IMG/VR virus record: IMGVR_UViG_3300006217_000016
Coordinates: 6,503-70,502 of that record
Length of the DNA stretch: 64,000 nt
Direction: 5' to 3' (one strand)
From: a virus
Taxonomy: Duplodnaviria; Heunggongvirae; Uroviricota; Caudoviricetes
The notes below the pieces were generated by a model, which worked only from the letters and a program-made list of their open reading frames with translations, searched no databases and had not been told where the DNA came from. The position numbers and the translations under genes were made by a program. Position 1 is the stretch's first letter. Each line of letters starts with the position of its first letter. This document shows, piece after piece, positions 44,016-54,083 of the stretch.

Positions 44016-46781
44016 GTGAGCATTATTTCCAAACAACAGTCTTGCCAGAAGTTTATCCTCAAACTTCATAGCGCACGCTTACGCAAGGCAAGGTGGAATT
44101 TGACGCTCCCTATCTCCGAGGCGCGGAGAAACGATGAAGTCATTTCCCTCAGCGACAGCCAGATGCTGCGCTTCATCGATAAGCTGAATGGCATCGAGAA
44201 CGCAGACGCGATTGCGAAAGAGATTAAGAGCGAAATAAAAATGCTCAGAAAACAAATAAATTCTCTACAAAATCGCAAGAAAATTAAAAGTTTATACGAG
44301 AAATTAGATGAAATACAATACAAACCAGATTACATGTGTTTGATCATCGACAAAGAGAAAGACTATTGGAGAGCTTGCAAGGGCTTCAAGATCAACGGGG
44401 TGAAGTACGTTAGGCTGCTGGGTACCAACGGCGGCATCAAGAACTCGACCATCGTGTTCGTCAGCGATAGGATGGCGCCTGAGCTGCGCCGGCGTATTGA
44501 CAACGGGAGGGACAAGAGCAAGGAGCTGGTACCGGCCAAGCTGGAAGCGTATCAGGCGCTGGCCTGCAGCGGCTCCATCCCGGTGTCCTACCCCAACGGC
44601 ATCGCCGTGGTCGAGGACTGCGTGACGCACTTCAAGTCCGACGTCATCAACATCGAGGACTCGGACGGTGAACCGAAGATGTGGTTCCAGGCCGGGGCGG
44701 ATGTGGAGCTCGACGAGTCGGACGGGTACGGCATCATGCTCCCGTCTCTGGCGAGAAGGTGGTCGGAAGAACTTCAGCTCGACTACATGGTAAGCGGAGT
44801 CAACACCCGTCTGTCCTTTGAGAAGGGGATGGTCTTCACCTTCGACTTCCTGGAGTTTGCCGACGAGGTGGCCGGCACCCGCATCATCAAAGATGCGTGG
44901 GGTAACGATGTGGATCTCTCAAACGTGGAGCTGATACTCACCACGTCCATGGTCAAGCTGTGGGACAGCTACGCGAGCTGTGAGGACTACCTGCGCAACT
45001 GCAAGGAGAACGGGTATACCTTCGGCATCACAAAGTCCTGCCCAAAGGTTTTGGAGAATGAGCGCAGTACCAACTACCAGTTCCTCCAGGTGTACGACCT
45101 GGACGACGCACAGGTCGAGCAGCTCATCCAGCCGACCATGCAGGAGATCCACGACATCCTGGCGCTCGACTGGAGGAAGGCCGCTCTGTTCCTCAAGGGC
45201 GTAGGGCTGAACGAGGAGAACATCGACTTCATCGAGTCGGACTTCGCGAAGGCCATCATGGTGGAGCCCAGGATGATGGACGACCCATTCGTCACGAAGA
45301 AGATCTACGGTATGATAAAGAAGCGCATCATCGACGCGAAGATCGGCGTCATCAAAGTGCGCGGCAACTACTCCATCATCTCCGGCGACCCATACGCGCT
45401 GTGTCAGAGCATCTTCGGTCTGGAAGTCACCGGGCTGCTGAAGGCCGGCGAGATCTACAACAAGTATTGGTTAGACCACGGTGTAGACAACGTGGTGTGC
45501 TTCCGCGCTCCTATGACCTGTGCCAACAACGTAATCAAGATGCACGTCAACGGAAGTGAGGAGGCACAGCACTGGTACAGATATATGGTGTCATGTTCGC
45601 TGCTGAATGCCTGGGACACCACGGCGGCTGCGCTGAACGGCGCGGACAAAGACGGTGATCTGATTTTCACAACGGACAATGAGATACTGGTGTCGTGCCA
45701 CAGGCAGCTCCCCGCGCTCATGTGTGCCCAGAGGAAAGCGACGAAGTGCGTGCCGACGCAGGAGGACATCATCAACTCGAACATCGCCAGTTTCGGCGAT
45801 GACATCGGGAAGATCACGAACCACATCACATCTATGTTCGATGTGATATCCATGTATGAGAAGGGCAGCCCGGAGTACGAGGCGCTCGACTACCGTATCA
45901 AGTGTGGGCAGAAGTTCCAGCAGGACTCCATCGACCGGGCCAAGGGCATCATCTCAAAGCCAATGCCAAAGAGCTGGTATGACAGGGCGTATGTCAGGAA
46001 CGCATATGGCGACGATGAAGAGAAGGTACAGTTCGCCATGAAGATCGTTGCGGACAAGAAGCCATACTTCATGCGGTACATCTACCCGACGCTGATGCGC
46101 CAGTACACTACATACGTTTCCAACACCAACAAGAAGGCGCTTCGCGAGTTCCGCCTGACCATTGACGAGCTGATAGAGAAGGAGCGCGCAGGCGGTCTGT
46201 CTGACGAAGAACGGGAGTTCCTACACTACTATCGTATCAAGACGCCGGTGGGAGTACATGACTGTGTGATGAACAGAATATGCCGGCGCTTCGAGGACGA
46301 GTTCGATGGGTACATCACCCGCCACAACTCCGACGTCGAGTTCGACTATACGATTATGAAGAGCGGCGTGGAGTATACACAGACCCAGTACAACGCAATC
46401 CTTCGGTTGTACGAAGCGTACAACAAGCGGATGCAGGACTATATGCAGTACGCAAAGAAGGAGCGCCTGGATGAAGACGAGAACATGAACCACAGGTACG
46501 TTATGGTTCAGGACTTCCGCAGAGAGTGCCAGATTGTTTGCTCCAATAAAAGTCAGTTGTGTGACATACTGTTGGATATATGTTATCAGAAAGAAGGGTC
46601 AAAGCAGTTTGTCTGGGACATGGCAAGCGATGAAATCATCGACGCTTTGGTCAGGAACAACGGCGGCTATATTTCCTTCCCTGCCCGCGACGACAACGGA
46701 GACGTTTTGTTTGGCGGCGAACGGTTCTCGTTCGCAAGAAAGCAGATTGGAGGGGAAGCAGATGAATATAGTGCTGAATGA
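44016..46781 (+). CDS. Large protein with a beta-prime-like double-psi beta-barrel catalytic motif: candidate YonO-like single-subunit two-barrel RNA polymerase
   Basis: VVCFRAPMTCANNVIKMHV ... ALNGADKDGDLIFTT parallels RNAP beta-prime NRAPTLHRL ... AYNADFDGDQMAVH. 921 aa. GTG start. Confidence 0.5.
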   Translation: MSIISKQQSCQKFILKLHSARLRKARWNLTLPISEARRNDEVISLSDSQMLRFIDKLNGIENADAIAKEIKSEIKMLRKQINSLQNRKKIKSLYEKLDEIQYKPDYMCLIIDKEKDYWRACKGFKINGVKYVRLLGTNGGIKNSTIVFVSDRMAPELRRRIDNGRDKSKELVPAKLEAYQALACSGSIPVSYPNGIAVVEDCVTHFKSDVINIEDSDGEPKMWFQAGADVELDESDGYGIMLPSLARRWSEELQLDYMVSGVNTRLSFEKGMVFTFDFLEFADEVAGTRIIKDAWGNDVDLSNVELILTTSMVKLWDSYASCEDYLRNCKENGYTFGITKSCPKVLENERSTNYQFLQVYDLDDAQVEQLIQPTMQEIHDILALDWRKAALFLKGVGLNEENIDFIESDFAKAIMVEPRMMDDPFVTKKIYGMIKKRIIDAKIGVIKVRGNYSIISGDPYALCQSIFGLEVTGLLKAGEIYNKYWLDHGVDNVVCFRAPMTCANNVIKMHVNGSEEAQHWYRYMVSCSLLNAWDTTAAALNGADKDGDLIFTTDNEILVSCHRQLPALMCAQRKATKCVPTQEDIINSNIASFGDDIGKITNHITSMFDVISMYEKGSPEYEALDYRIKCGQKFQQDSIDRAKGIISKPMPKSWYDRAYVRNAYGDDEEKVQFAMKIVADKKPYFMRYIYPTLMRQYTTYVSNTNKKALREFRLTIDELIEKERAGGLSDEEREFLHYYRIKTPVGVHDCVMNRICRRFEDEFDGYITRHNSDVEFDYTIMKSGVEYTQTQYNAILRLYEAYNKRMQDYMQYAKKERLDEDENMNHRYVMVQDFRRECQIVCSNKSQLCDILLDICYQKEGSKQFVWDMASDEIIDALVRNNGGYISFPARDDNGDVLFGGERFSFARKQIGGEADEYSAE

Positions 46782-47547
46782 GTCGGAGTATGTGGAGGGA
46801 ATCCTCCGTGACCATCAACTCGGGCCGAAGCCTACGGAGACTCTGGTGCGTGTGGCTCGGTACTATTCGACGGTAGATATGATGAAGAAGTCAGACGTAC
46901 GCGCCGAGCTTGAGAAGTTCATGCTCCGGTGCGACCCATCCATCAACTTGGTCAAGTGGCAGGACACGTTGGACAGAATCATCAAGGCCGCCGGCAAGTA
47001 TCCGATGGTCGATATCGAGAGCGTCCCTATCACCGAGAAAGAGATTGCCCTGTGCGACGGCCTGTCCAAGGATACCAAGCGGCGCGACCTCTCGATGTAT
47101 AAGAGCTTCTCGGATAAGCCGATGCGCCGCCTGCTGTTCACCCTGATTTGTCTGGCGAAATACTCGGACCTTGTGAACAGTAAGAACGGCGGGTGGGTCA
47201 ACCGGACAGACAAAGAGATCTTCAAGCTGGCTAACGTGGTCACGCCGGTCAAGCGCCAGTCCCTCATGTTGAACGACCTGCGTGAGATGGGACATATCAA
47301 GTTCAGCAGGAAGGTGGACAACGTGAACATCAACGTCCAGTGCCTTGACCCGGGTGGCGCGGTGGCGCTTGAGATTCGTGACTTCCGCAACCTTGGCTAT
47401 CAGTACATGCGCCATTGCGGAGAGGCATACATAGAGTGCGAACAATGCGGTCTGGTAATCAAGCAGCGCAACAATTCACAGAAATATTGCCCCGACTGTG
47501 CCATCGACGTGAACAGGCAAAGGTCTATTGATAGACGGAAAAGTTGA
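46762..47547 (+). CDS. Hypothetical protein with C-terminal zinc ribbon (CEQCG...CPDC)
   Basis: ATG with GGAGGGGAAG upstream, overlapping the end of the 921-aa gene. Confidence 0.5.
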   Translation: MNIVLNESEYVEGILRDHQLGPKPTETLVRVARYYSTVDMMKKSDVRAELEKFMLRCDPSINLVKWQDTLDRIIKAAGKYPMVDIESVPITEKEIALCDGLSKDTKRRDLSMYKSFSDKPMRRLLFTLICLAKYSDLVNSKNGGWVNRTDKEIFKLANVVTPVKRQSLMLNDLREMGHIKFSRKVDNVNINVQCLDPGGAVALEIRDFRNLGYQYMRHCGEAYIECEQCGLVIKQRNNSQKYCPDCAIDVNRQRSIDRRKS

Positions 47548-47577
47548 ACTTTTTTGAATATGTTTGAAACAGAAACA

Positions 47578-47630
47578 GCCTGTAAGTATTCAGTCCAAGA
47601 TACTTACAGGCTACTGTGCAGTATTTCTAT
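47578..47630 (+). terminator. Rho-independent terminator (13-bp perfect stem AGCCTGTAAGTAT/ATACTTACAGGCT)
   Basis: Hairpin followed by a T-rich stretch after the stop at 47547. Confidence 0.6.
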
Positions 47631-47867
47631 ATATAGAGAGAAAAGGCATAGAAAAATCACATTATATACTATAGGTTGAAAGGGTGTTCATTTTTGGTTG
47701 CTATCAGCGCACGAGAAAAACAGATCATTGCGGAGAGATGTCCGATGGTGCATATCCGTCGGACGGTCAAACAGAAGAGTAACAGGCATCGGTACTACAT
47801 GGAAGAGAGCAGGGAAGCCATGCGTATTCTGAGGTCGCTCCGCAGGTCGGCATAAGAGGAGGACTAT

Positions 47868-49070
47868 ATGGACAAGCTGACGAAGAGGCCAAACGAAACA
47901 GATTTGGCGTATCATAAGCGTCTGATCTATGGGAAGTTGGTCGATGGGACGCTTGCCGACGAGGACTACTCAGAACTGGCGCCATATGTCTATGGTAGAG
48001 AATACAGTACGGATGTTGCACGCAGGATGATGTACGGCAGCAAGAGAACGCTTGAGCTGTTAAGCGAGAGCGCCGAGCAGTCTATCACATCCGACGATAT
48101 CCTGAGCGAGCTGGACGCGAAGAGGATTGAGCTGCAGAAGGACAAGCAGAAGATGCTTGACCAGAGGTCTGCGCTCAACAAACTGATCCGTGAACGCGCA
48201 CGTCAGGAAGAGATCAATGAAATCCTGATGAGCGCGGTGGAGAGGGGTAATCTTCCATCGCTTGATTACCATGGCCCGAGTGAGGGTGTCACATTGTCAT
48301 CCGACAACGATATCCTGGTAAGTCTCAATGACATTCACTATGGGGCGAAGGTGAACAACTATTGGAACAAGTACGACTCCGATATCTGTCGCGATATGAT
48401 GCGCCGGTATCTTGACCGTATCATTGAGATCGGTCGTTTACATAGGAGCGAGAATTGCATCGTGTGGGAGAATGGAGACGCGATCTCCGGCAACATCCAC
48501 TACTCGATTGCAGTGACCAACAAAGAGAACGTAATACAGCAGGTCATTGGTGTGTCTGAGCTGATTGCAGAGTTCCTTGCTGAACTGAGCAAACACTTTG
48601 CCAGTGTGCAGTTTGTGAGTGTGTCAGGCAATCACTCCAGACTTGACGTGAAAGACCGTGCCTTACAGTCTGAGCGCATGGACGATCTGGTGGAATGGTA
48701 TCTGGCTGCACGCCTGCAGAACTTTGACAACGTCTTGATTGGCGTTGGCGAGAAGGTAGACGCCACCATGTATCTGATTGATGTGCGTGGTAAGACGTAC
48801 TGTGGTATCCACGGTGATTACGACGGAAGTGCCACGAAGGTGCAGGCGCTTCAGACAATGGCTCGCAGGCCGCTGTACGCGGTTCTGAGCGGGCATCTTC
48901 ACCACAACATGATGGATGAAGTCCAGGGGATCAAGACGGTCATGGCCGGCAGCTTCCTCGGGATGGATGATTTTTGTGTCAGTAAACGAATATACGGCCG
49001 CCCGGAGCAGATGGTATGTATCTGCGACAACAGCGGCATCAGGTGTTCGTACAATATTGATCTCAGCTAA
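47868..49070 (+). CDS. Calcineurin-like metallophosphoesterase (SbcD-like phosphoesterase domain with an N-terminal extension)
   Basis: Motifs SLNDIHYG, SGNHS, GHLHHN. RBS AGAGGAGG. Confidence 0.65.
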   Translation: MDKLTKRPNETDLAYHKRLIYGKLVDGTLADEDYSELAPYVYGREYSTDVARRMMYGSKRTLELLSESAEQSITSDDILSELDAKRIELQKDKQKMLDQRSALNKLIRERARQEEINEILMSAVERGNLPSLDYHGPSEGVTLSSDNDILVSLNDIHYGAKVNNYWNKYDSDICRDMMRRYLDRIIEIGRLHRSENCIVWENGDAISGNIHYSIAVTNKENVIQQVIGVSELIAEFLAELSKHFASVQFVSVSGNHSRLDVKDRALQSERMDDLVEWYLAARLQNFDNVLIGVGEKVDATMYLIDVRGKTYCGIHGDYDGSATKVQALQTMARRPLYAVLSGHLHHNMMDEVQGIKTVMAGSFLGMDDFCVSKRIYGRPEQMVCICDNSGIRCSYNIDLS

Positions 49071-49076
49071 AGCGAC

Positions 49077-49110
49077 CGGGAGGGGTGAACAGCCCCTCCC
49101 GCTATTTTTT
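49077..49110 (+). terminator. Rho-independent terminator (CGGGAGGGG-TGAACAG-CCCCTCCCG then ATTTTTTAT)
   Basis: Perfect GC stem followed by a T-run after the stop at 49070. Confidence 0.7.
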
Positions 49111-49114
49111 ATAT

Positions 49115-49188
49115 CGCAGGATCGTCTAAAGGTAGGATATTTGGTTCATGCCCAAAAGATTAGAGTTCGACTCTCTATCCTGCAACCA
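49115..49188 (+). tRNA. tRNA-Met (CAU), possibly initiator-like (C1-A72 mismatch)
   Basis: Acceptor CGCAGGA/TCCTGCA. Anticodon arm TTTGG-TTCATGC-CCAAA. T-arm TAGAGTTCGACTCTCTA. CCA encoded. D-arm is poor. Confidence 0.45.
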
Positions 49189-49217
49189 CAACTATTTTTG
49201 ATTGAAAGGGTGAACAT

Positions 49218-49508
49218 ATGGTAACAAGGGACGAGTTCATCGAGCGCCTGTCGCAGAAGGGTTATACCAAGCGCGACGCCGGCATCGTGATGGACGATTT
49301 TATCAGAACATTGGAGGAGGCTCTGGTCGGCGGCGAATCCGTAATGTTCCACGGGTTCGGGACATTTGAAATCCGTGAGCGCGCCGAGCGTGAGAGCTCC
49401 AATCCACAGACGAAGGAACGAATTGTAATCCCCTCTTATCGTGCCGCGCACTTCACGCCGGGCAAGAAGCTGAAGCGTGAAATCAAAGAGGGCTTGGTTC
49501 GGGATTGA
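49218..49508 (+). CDS. HU/IHF-family DNA-binding protein
   Basis: GFGTFEIRERAERESSNPQTKERIVIPSYRAAHFTPGKKLK matches the HU beta-arm region. Confidence 0.8.
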   Translation: MVTRDEFIERLSQKGYTKRDAGIVMDDFIRTLEEALVGGESVMFHGFGTFEIRERAERESSNPQTKERIVIPSYRAAHFTPGKKLKREIKEGLVRD

Positions 49509-49519
49509 GGTGATACGCA

Positions 49520-50581
49520 ATGCCGAAGCAGAGTAAGATTGCAAGCACAAGGCCAAACGCGGCGGCTCCGGTTAAACAAGGCCCGGATCGGTTTTACTGT
49601 ACCAGGTGTGAGCGTTCGTTCACAAAGCAGAAGAGTAACTTCCCTGGTTCGCAGAGTCCGCTGTGGAGGAACAACAACGGGTATATACCTGTGTGCCGGC
49701 ATTGCGTCGATGAAATATATAATCATTATAAGGAGACGCTGGGCGACGAGAAGGCCGCCATCCGGCGTATATGCCTGAAGTTCGATATCTACTGGAGCGA
49801 GAAGATCTACAAGATGTTGGTTAAGACTTGCACTACGAACTCTCGCGTCTTGAGCTACATAAGCAAGTCGAACCTGTACCAGTTTGTCGGGAAGACATTT
49901 GACGACACACTGGACGAAGAATATGCGGCGGAAGCAGATAAGACCGCTTGGCAGCTCCGGCAAGGCGATGCCGACAGTTATGTGGATGGTCAGGATGATC
50001 CATCCATAGAACAGATAGACCAGGAAGTCATTGACTTCTGGGGACCCGGTATGACGCCAACCATGTATATGGAGTTGGAGCAGCGCAAGGTTTATTGGAT
50101 GAGCCACTTGCCTGCCGGCGTTGAAGTCGGTATCGGGCTTGAGGCTTTGATCCGCCAGATCTGCAGTATGGAGGTTGATATCAACCGAGACCGTGCTGCG
50201 GGTAAGTCGGTTGATAAGGCGGTCGGTACACTGAACACTTTGATCGGGAGCGCTATGCTCAAGCCGAGCCAGAAATCTGACAGTTCGGACAGCTCCCTGG
50301 AGAAGACTCCGTTCGGAGTGTGGATCAAGAAGTGGGAAGATAAGAGACCGATCCCAGAGCCCGACCCGGATATGAAGGATGTAGATGGTATCGTCAGATA
50401 CGTTGAGATCTGGATGAAGGGGCATCTGTCAAAGATGCTTGGGCTCAAGAACGCATACTCTGCTCTGTACGATAAAGAGATTGCGAAGAAGCGCGTGGAG
50501 CGCCCAGAGTTTGACGACGAGGATGACGAGACCTTCTTCTCTGACGTGTTCGGAGAGGAGGGTCAGGATGACGAGAGCTGA
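49520..50581 (+). CDS. Zinc-ribbon protein upstream of the large terminase (candidate small terminase subunit/DNA-binding protein)
   Basis: Position immediately 5' of TerL with an overlapping stop. CTRCERSF...CRHC motifs. RBS GAGGTGA. Confidence 0.3.
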   Translation: MPKQSKIASTRPNAAAPVKQGPDRFYCTRCERSFTKQKSNFPGSQSPLWRNNNGYIPVCRHCVDEIYNHYKETLGDEKAAIRRICLKFDIYWSEKIYKMLVKTCTTNSRVLSYISKSNLYQFVGKTFDDTLDEEYAAEADKTAWQLRQGDADSYVDGQDDPSIEQIDQEVIDFWGPGMTPTMYMELEQRKVYWMSHLPAGVEVGIGLEALIRQICSMEVDINRDRAAGKSVDKAVGTLNTLIGSAMLKPSQKSDSSDSSLEKTPFGVWIKKWEDKRPIPEPDPDMKDVDGIVRYVEIWMKGHLSKMLGLKNAYSALYDKEIAKKRVERPEFDDEDDETFFSDVFGEEGQDDES

Positions 50582-52313
50582 GAAAATCATGCAAGGCGCA
50601 GCGGTGTACTGCGCCTTTTATCGTGCAAATCCAGCGAGGTTTGCCAAAGACTATCTGCATCTTGACCTGAGACTCTTCCAGAAGATCGTCATCACGATGA
50701 TGATCCTATGCTCGAACGCTGTGTTCATCGGCGCTCGTGGTATTGGTAAGACATTCATCAGCGCGGTGTTCTGTGTTATCCGCTGTATCCTGTGGCCCGG
50801 TACCAAGGTGTGTATTGCATCAGGCACGAGGGGACAGGCCATCAATGTCTTGGAAAAGATTATGTTGGAACTCAAACCAAACTCACCGGAGTTGGCTGCT
50901 GAGATCGACATGAAAGAAACCAAGATAAACGGTACGGACGCGAAGATCGTTTTCCTGAACGGGTCATATATCAAGGTCGTCACCGCGTCCGACTCCAGCC
51001 GTGGTAACCGCGCAAACGTTCTAATCCTTGATGAGTTCCGTCTGATCTCCAAGGATGTCATTGATACGATTCTGCGCAAGTTCCTGACACAGCGGCGTAT
51101 GCCAAAGTATGAGGAGCTGACCAAGGCGGAGCGCCGTGCGGAGTATGACAAAGAAAAGAACATGACCGCGTACCTGAGTTCTGCGTATTACTCCGACCAC
51201 TGGAGTTATACAAAGTGCCAGGATACGTTCAAGGCCATGCTGGATGAATCGAAGTCTCAGTTTGTGTGCAGCCTTCCATATCAGCTTTCTATCGAGGAAG
51301 GCTTGCTGGATGCTGATACTGTTCTGGACGAAATGTCGGAGACAGACTTCTCTGATATCAAGTTCTCCATGGAGTATGAGGCGCTGTTCTACGGCAGCTC
51401 TGAGGATGCGTTCTTTGATTTCGCATCTGTCTCCAAGAACCGGCGTATCAAGTACCCTATGTTCCCGGACAGGTCATCCGGGAAACTTATGTCCAACGCG
51501 AACATCAGCATACCCCCAAAGAGACCTGGCGAGAAACGTATCCTCTCTGTCGATATCGCTCTGATGAAGAGCAAGAAGAGAAAGAAGAAAAACGACGCCA
51601 CGGCAATCTTTGTGAATCAGATGCTGCCAACAAAGGCAGGCAGGTATGTGAGTAACATCGTGTACGCCGATGGCAATGAGGGTATGCACACTGCAGACCA
51701 GGCATTGCTCGTCCGCAAGTTGTTCGACGAGTATGAATGCGACTATCTGGTTATCGACGCGAACGGCGTAGGCGCCGGCGTTGCTGACCTGCTGCTCCGC
51801 GATATACCAGACCCGGTGACCGGAGATATCTACCCGGCTATATCATGCTGCAACAACCAGGACATGGCAGACCGGTGTATATCAAAAGACGCCAAGAAAG
51901 TAATCTGGGCAATCAAGGCAACGTCGAAGTTTAACTCCGACATTGCGTATCTTCTGCGCGAGGGGTTCAGCAGCGGCCGCGTTCGTCTTCTGGACACAGA
52001 GATCAACGGCGAGACGAGTATGAATGAGCTGCGCGGATATTCGTCACTCAACCCGTCTGAGCGCACGTTTATGTCTCTGCCGTATGTCCACACCACTCTT
52101 CTGATCGACGAGCTGACAAAGCTCCAGCATGAAGAGAAGGATGGGCTCGTCAGAGTATACGAGCGCTCCGGGAAGCGCAAGGATAGATACTCCAGTCTGG
52201 CATATAACTACTGGGTCGCCTGCCAAGTCGAGACAAAGATCCGTAAGCGGAGTGTGTCGGCACAGTCAGGGAGCGGCCCTCAGTTTATGTTCCGGGCACC
52301 AAAAGTCAAGTAA
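50568..52313 (+). CDS. terL: Terminase large subunit
   Basis: Walker A GARGIGKT, Walker B LILDEF, and a C-terminal nuclease-like region. Start at MTRAEK with GGAGAGGAGGG upstream. Confidence 0.75.
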   Translation: MTRAEKIMQGAAVYCAFYRANPARFAKDYLHLDLRLFQKIVITMMILCSNAVFIGARGIGKTFISAVFCVIRCILWPGTKVCIASGTRGQAINVLEKIMLELKPNSPELAAEIDMKETKINGTDAKIVFLNGSYIKVVTASDSSRGNRANVLILDEFRLISKDVIDTILRKFLTQRRMPKYEELTKAERRAEYDKEKNMTAYLSSAYYSDHWSYTKCQDTFKAMLDESKSQFVCSLPYQLSIEEGLLDADTVLDEMSETDFSDIKFSMEYEALFYGSSEDAFFDFASVSKNRRIKYPMFPDRSSGKLMSNANISIPPKRPGEKRILSVDIALMKSKKRKKKNDATAIFVNQMLPTKAGRYVSNIVYADGNEGMHTADQALLVRKLFDEYECDYLVIDANGVGAGVADLLLRDIPDPVTGDIYPAISCCNNQDMADRCISKDAKKVIWAIKATSKFNSDIAYLLREGFSSGRVRLLDTEINGETSMNELRGYSSLNPSERTFMSLPYVHTTLLIDELTKLQHEEKDGLVRVYERSGKRKDRYSSLAYNYWVACQVETKIRKRSVSAQSGSGPQFMFRAPKVK

Positions 52314-52322
52314 AGGAGGTGA

Positions 52323-53849
52323 ATGAGTTTGGCAAGAAAAATTGTCGATACAAGCGAAGACAAGACAGAAGTATATAAGGAACCGTTGTCGTTTGACGCG
52401 GATGGTTTGATTCGTATCCCGCAAAGGTTCGCGGCGCTCAATCGTTTGATTATGCGGGACTTGAATGGCAGGCTGCGCAGTCCTACCTTCTATAAATACA
52501 CGAAGGATCAGATTTCACAGTACCTGTCTAACCCATATCGCTACCAGAAGAATCTGCGTAACGCAGCGATCTATCTGTATGCGGCGAGTTCCCATTTCCG
52601 CCGTTTGATCCAGTATTTTGTTGCCCTGTCCGATTTGGCATATGTCGTGTCTCCGTATCGGATCGATACGAGTACGGCGAAGCAATCCATGCTGAGGAAA
52701 CAGTACAAGCGTACTCTCAACATGCTTTCGGCTATGGACATCAAGAACCAGTTCCCGAAGATCCTCACGGTATGTTTGCGCGAGGATGTCTTCTTCGGAA
52801 CAATGTGGGTCACCAACGACAACATCACGATCCAGCAGCTCCCGTCTGACTTCTGCGAAATCGCAGTCGTTGAGGGGAACGTGCCAAATGTGTCATTCAA
52901 CTTCTCGTATTTTGACACGAACCATCAGTATCTTGAGATGTATCCGAAGGAGTTCCAGGATAAGTACGAGCTGTATAAGAGTGACATGACGAAGATGAAG
53001 TGGCAGGAACTTGACGCACCCAACTCATTTGCCGTGAAGTGTAACAACGATATCCTCGACTACGCGATCCCCCCGTTCGTAGGTATCTTCCGTGAGATCT
53101 ACGACCTGGAGGATTACCGAAGCCTGAAGATGACCAAGACAGAACTGGAGAACTATGCGCTCCTGGTCATGAAACTTGGTATCAATAAAGAAGGCGAGTG
53201 GGAGATGGACTTCGACAAGGCGCGAGATTTCTACTCCAACCTTGCTGACGTACTCCCGGAGGAAGTCGGTGCAGTTCTGTCACCAATGCCGATTGATAAG
53301 ATCGGCTTTGAGAAATCGAACACCAGAGACACAGACACAATCGCTGAGGCGGAACAGAATCTGTTTACTGCTGCCGGTGTATCTACTCTCCTGTTCAATA
53401 ATGACAAGGCTTCCAGTAATGCCCTGCTGCTTTCCATCAAGGCAGACCAGGCGCTTACATATGGCATCGTCAAGAGCATTGAGGAAGTGGTCAACCGTTT
53501 CATTCACAGCTACCCGTACGGGAAAAACTTCAGAGTGACTTTCCTGGATTGTTCTCCATATAACCGCAAAGAAATGGGAGAGCAGTATTTGAAAGCGGCG
53601 CAGTATGGGTTCCCGACTCTGTCATACTTCTGCGCATCGCAGGGGTTGTCGCAGGCAGACATGGACGGCATGGACTTCCTGGAGAACGAGATTCTCAAGT
53701 TGAAGGATCGGTTCAGGCCATTGCTGAGTTCTGCCACCGTCAGCTCCGCAGACGGCGCCGGCAGGCCAACAAAGGATGACGGCGACCTATCGGATTCTGG
53801 CGAGTCATCCAGAGAGCATGACGACGGGGACGACAGCCAGCTTGAATGA
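52323..53849 (+). CDS. Portal protein (by position and size)
   Basis: 508 aa immediately after TerL. RBS AAAGGAGG. Acidic C-terminus. Confidence 0.55.
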   Translation: MSLARKIVDTSEDKTEVYKEPLSFDADGLIRIPQRFAALNRLIMRDLNGRLRSPTFYKYTKDQISQYLSNPYRYQKNLRNAAIYLYAASSHFRRLIQYFVALSDLAYVVSPYRIDTSTAKQSMLRKQYKRTLNMLSAMDIKNQFPKILTVCLREDVFFGTMWVTNDNITIQQLPSDFCEIAVVEGNVPNVSFNFSYFDTNHQYLEMYPKEFQDKYELYKSDMTKMKWQELDAPNSFAVKCNNDILDYAIPPFVGIFREIYDLEDYRSLKMTKTELENYALLVMKLGINKEGEWEMDFDKARDFYSNLADVLPEEVGAVLSPMPIDKIGFEKSNTRDTDTIAEAEQNLFTAAGVSTLLFNNDKASSNALLLSIKADQALTYGIVKSIEEVVNRFIHSYPYGKNFRVTFLDCSPYNRKEMGEQYLKAAQYGFPTLSYFCASQGLSQADMDGMDFLENEILKLKDRFRPLLSSATVSSADGAGRPTKDDGDLSDSGESSREHDDGDDSQLE

Positions 53850-53863
53850 AAGGAAGATACGGA

Positions 53864-54055
53864 ATGAACTTTATATATGTAATGAGTGTGAAGGACAAGA
53901 ACAAGATGGTGTCCCTTGGGTATGACCTGATCAGGGAGGACACCAGGAACAGCATGTGGGTATTCAAGAATAAGGACACAACCACATTTGCCTGCGAGGA
54001 TGAGATATCCGGCGCGGGCATTAAATTTGTGCTTTCCAACACGCTCACATTCTGA
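53864..54055 (+). CDS. Small hypothetical protein
   Basis: ATG preceded by AAAGGAAG. Confidence 0.3.
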   Translation: MNFIYVMSVKDKNKMVSLGYDLIREDTRNSMWVFKNKDTTTFACEDEISGAGIKFVLSNTLTF

Positions 54056-54083
54056 AGCAGCAAAGAGCTGCGTTGGGAGGTAG

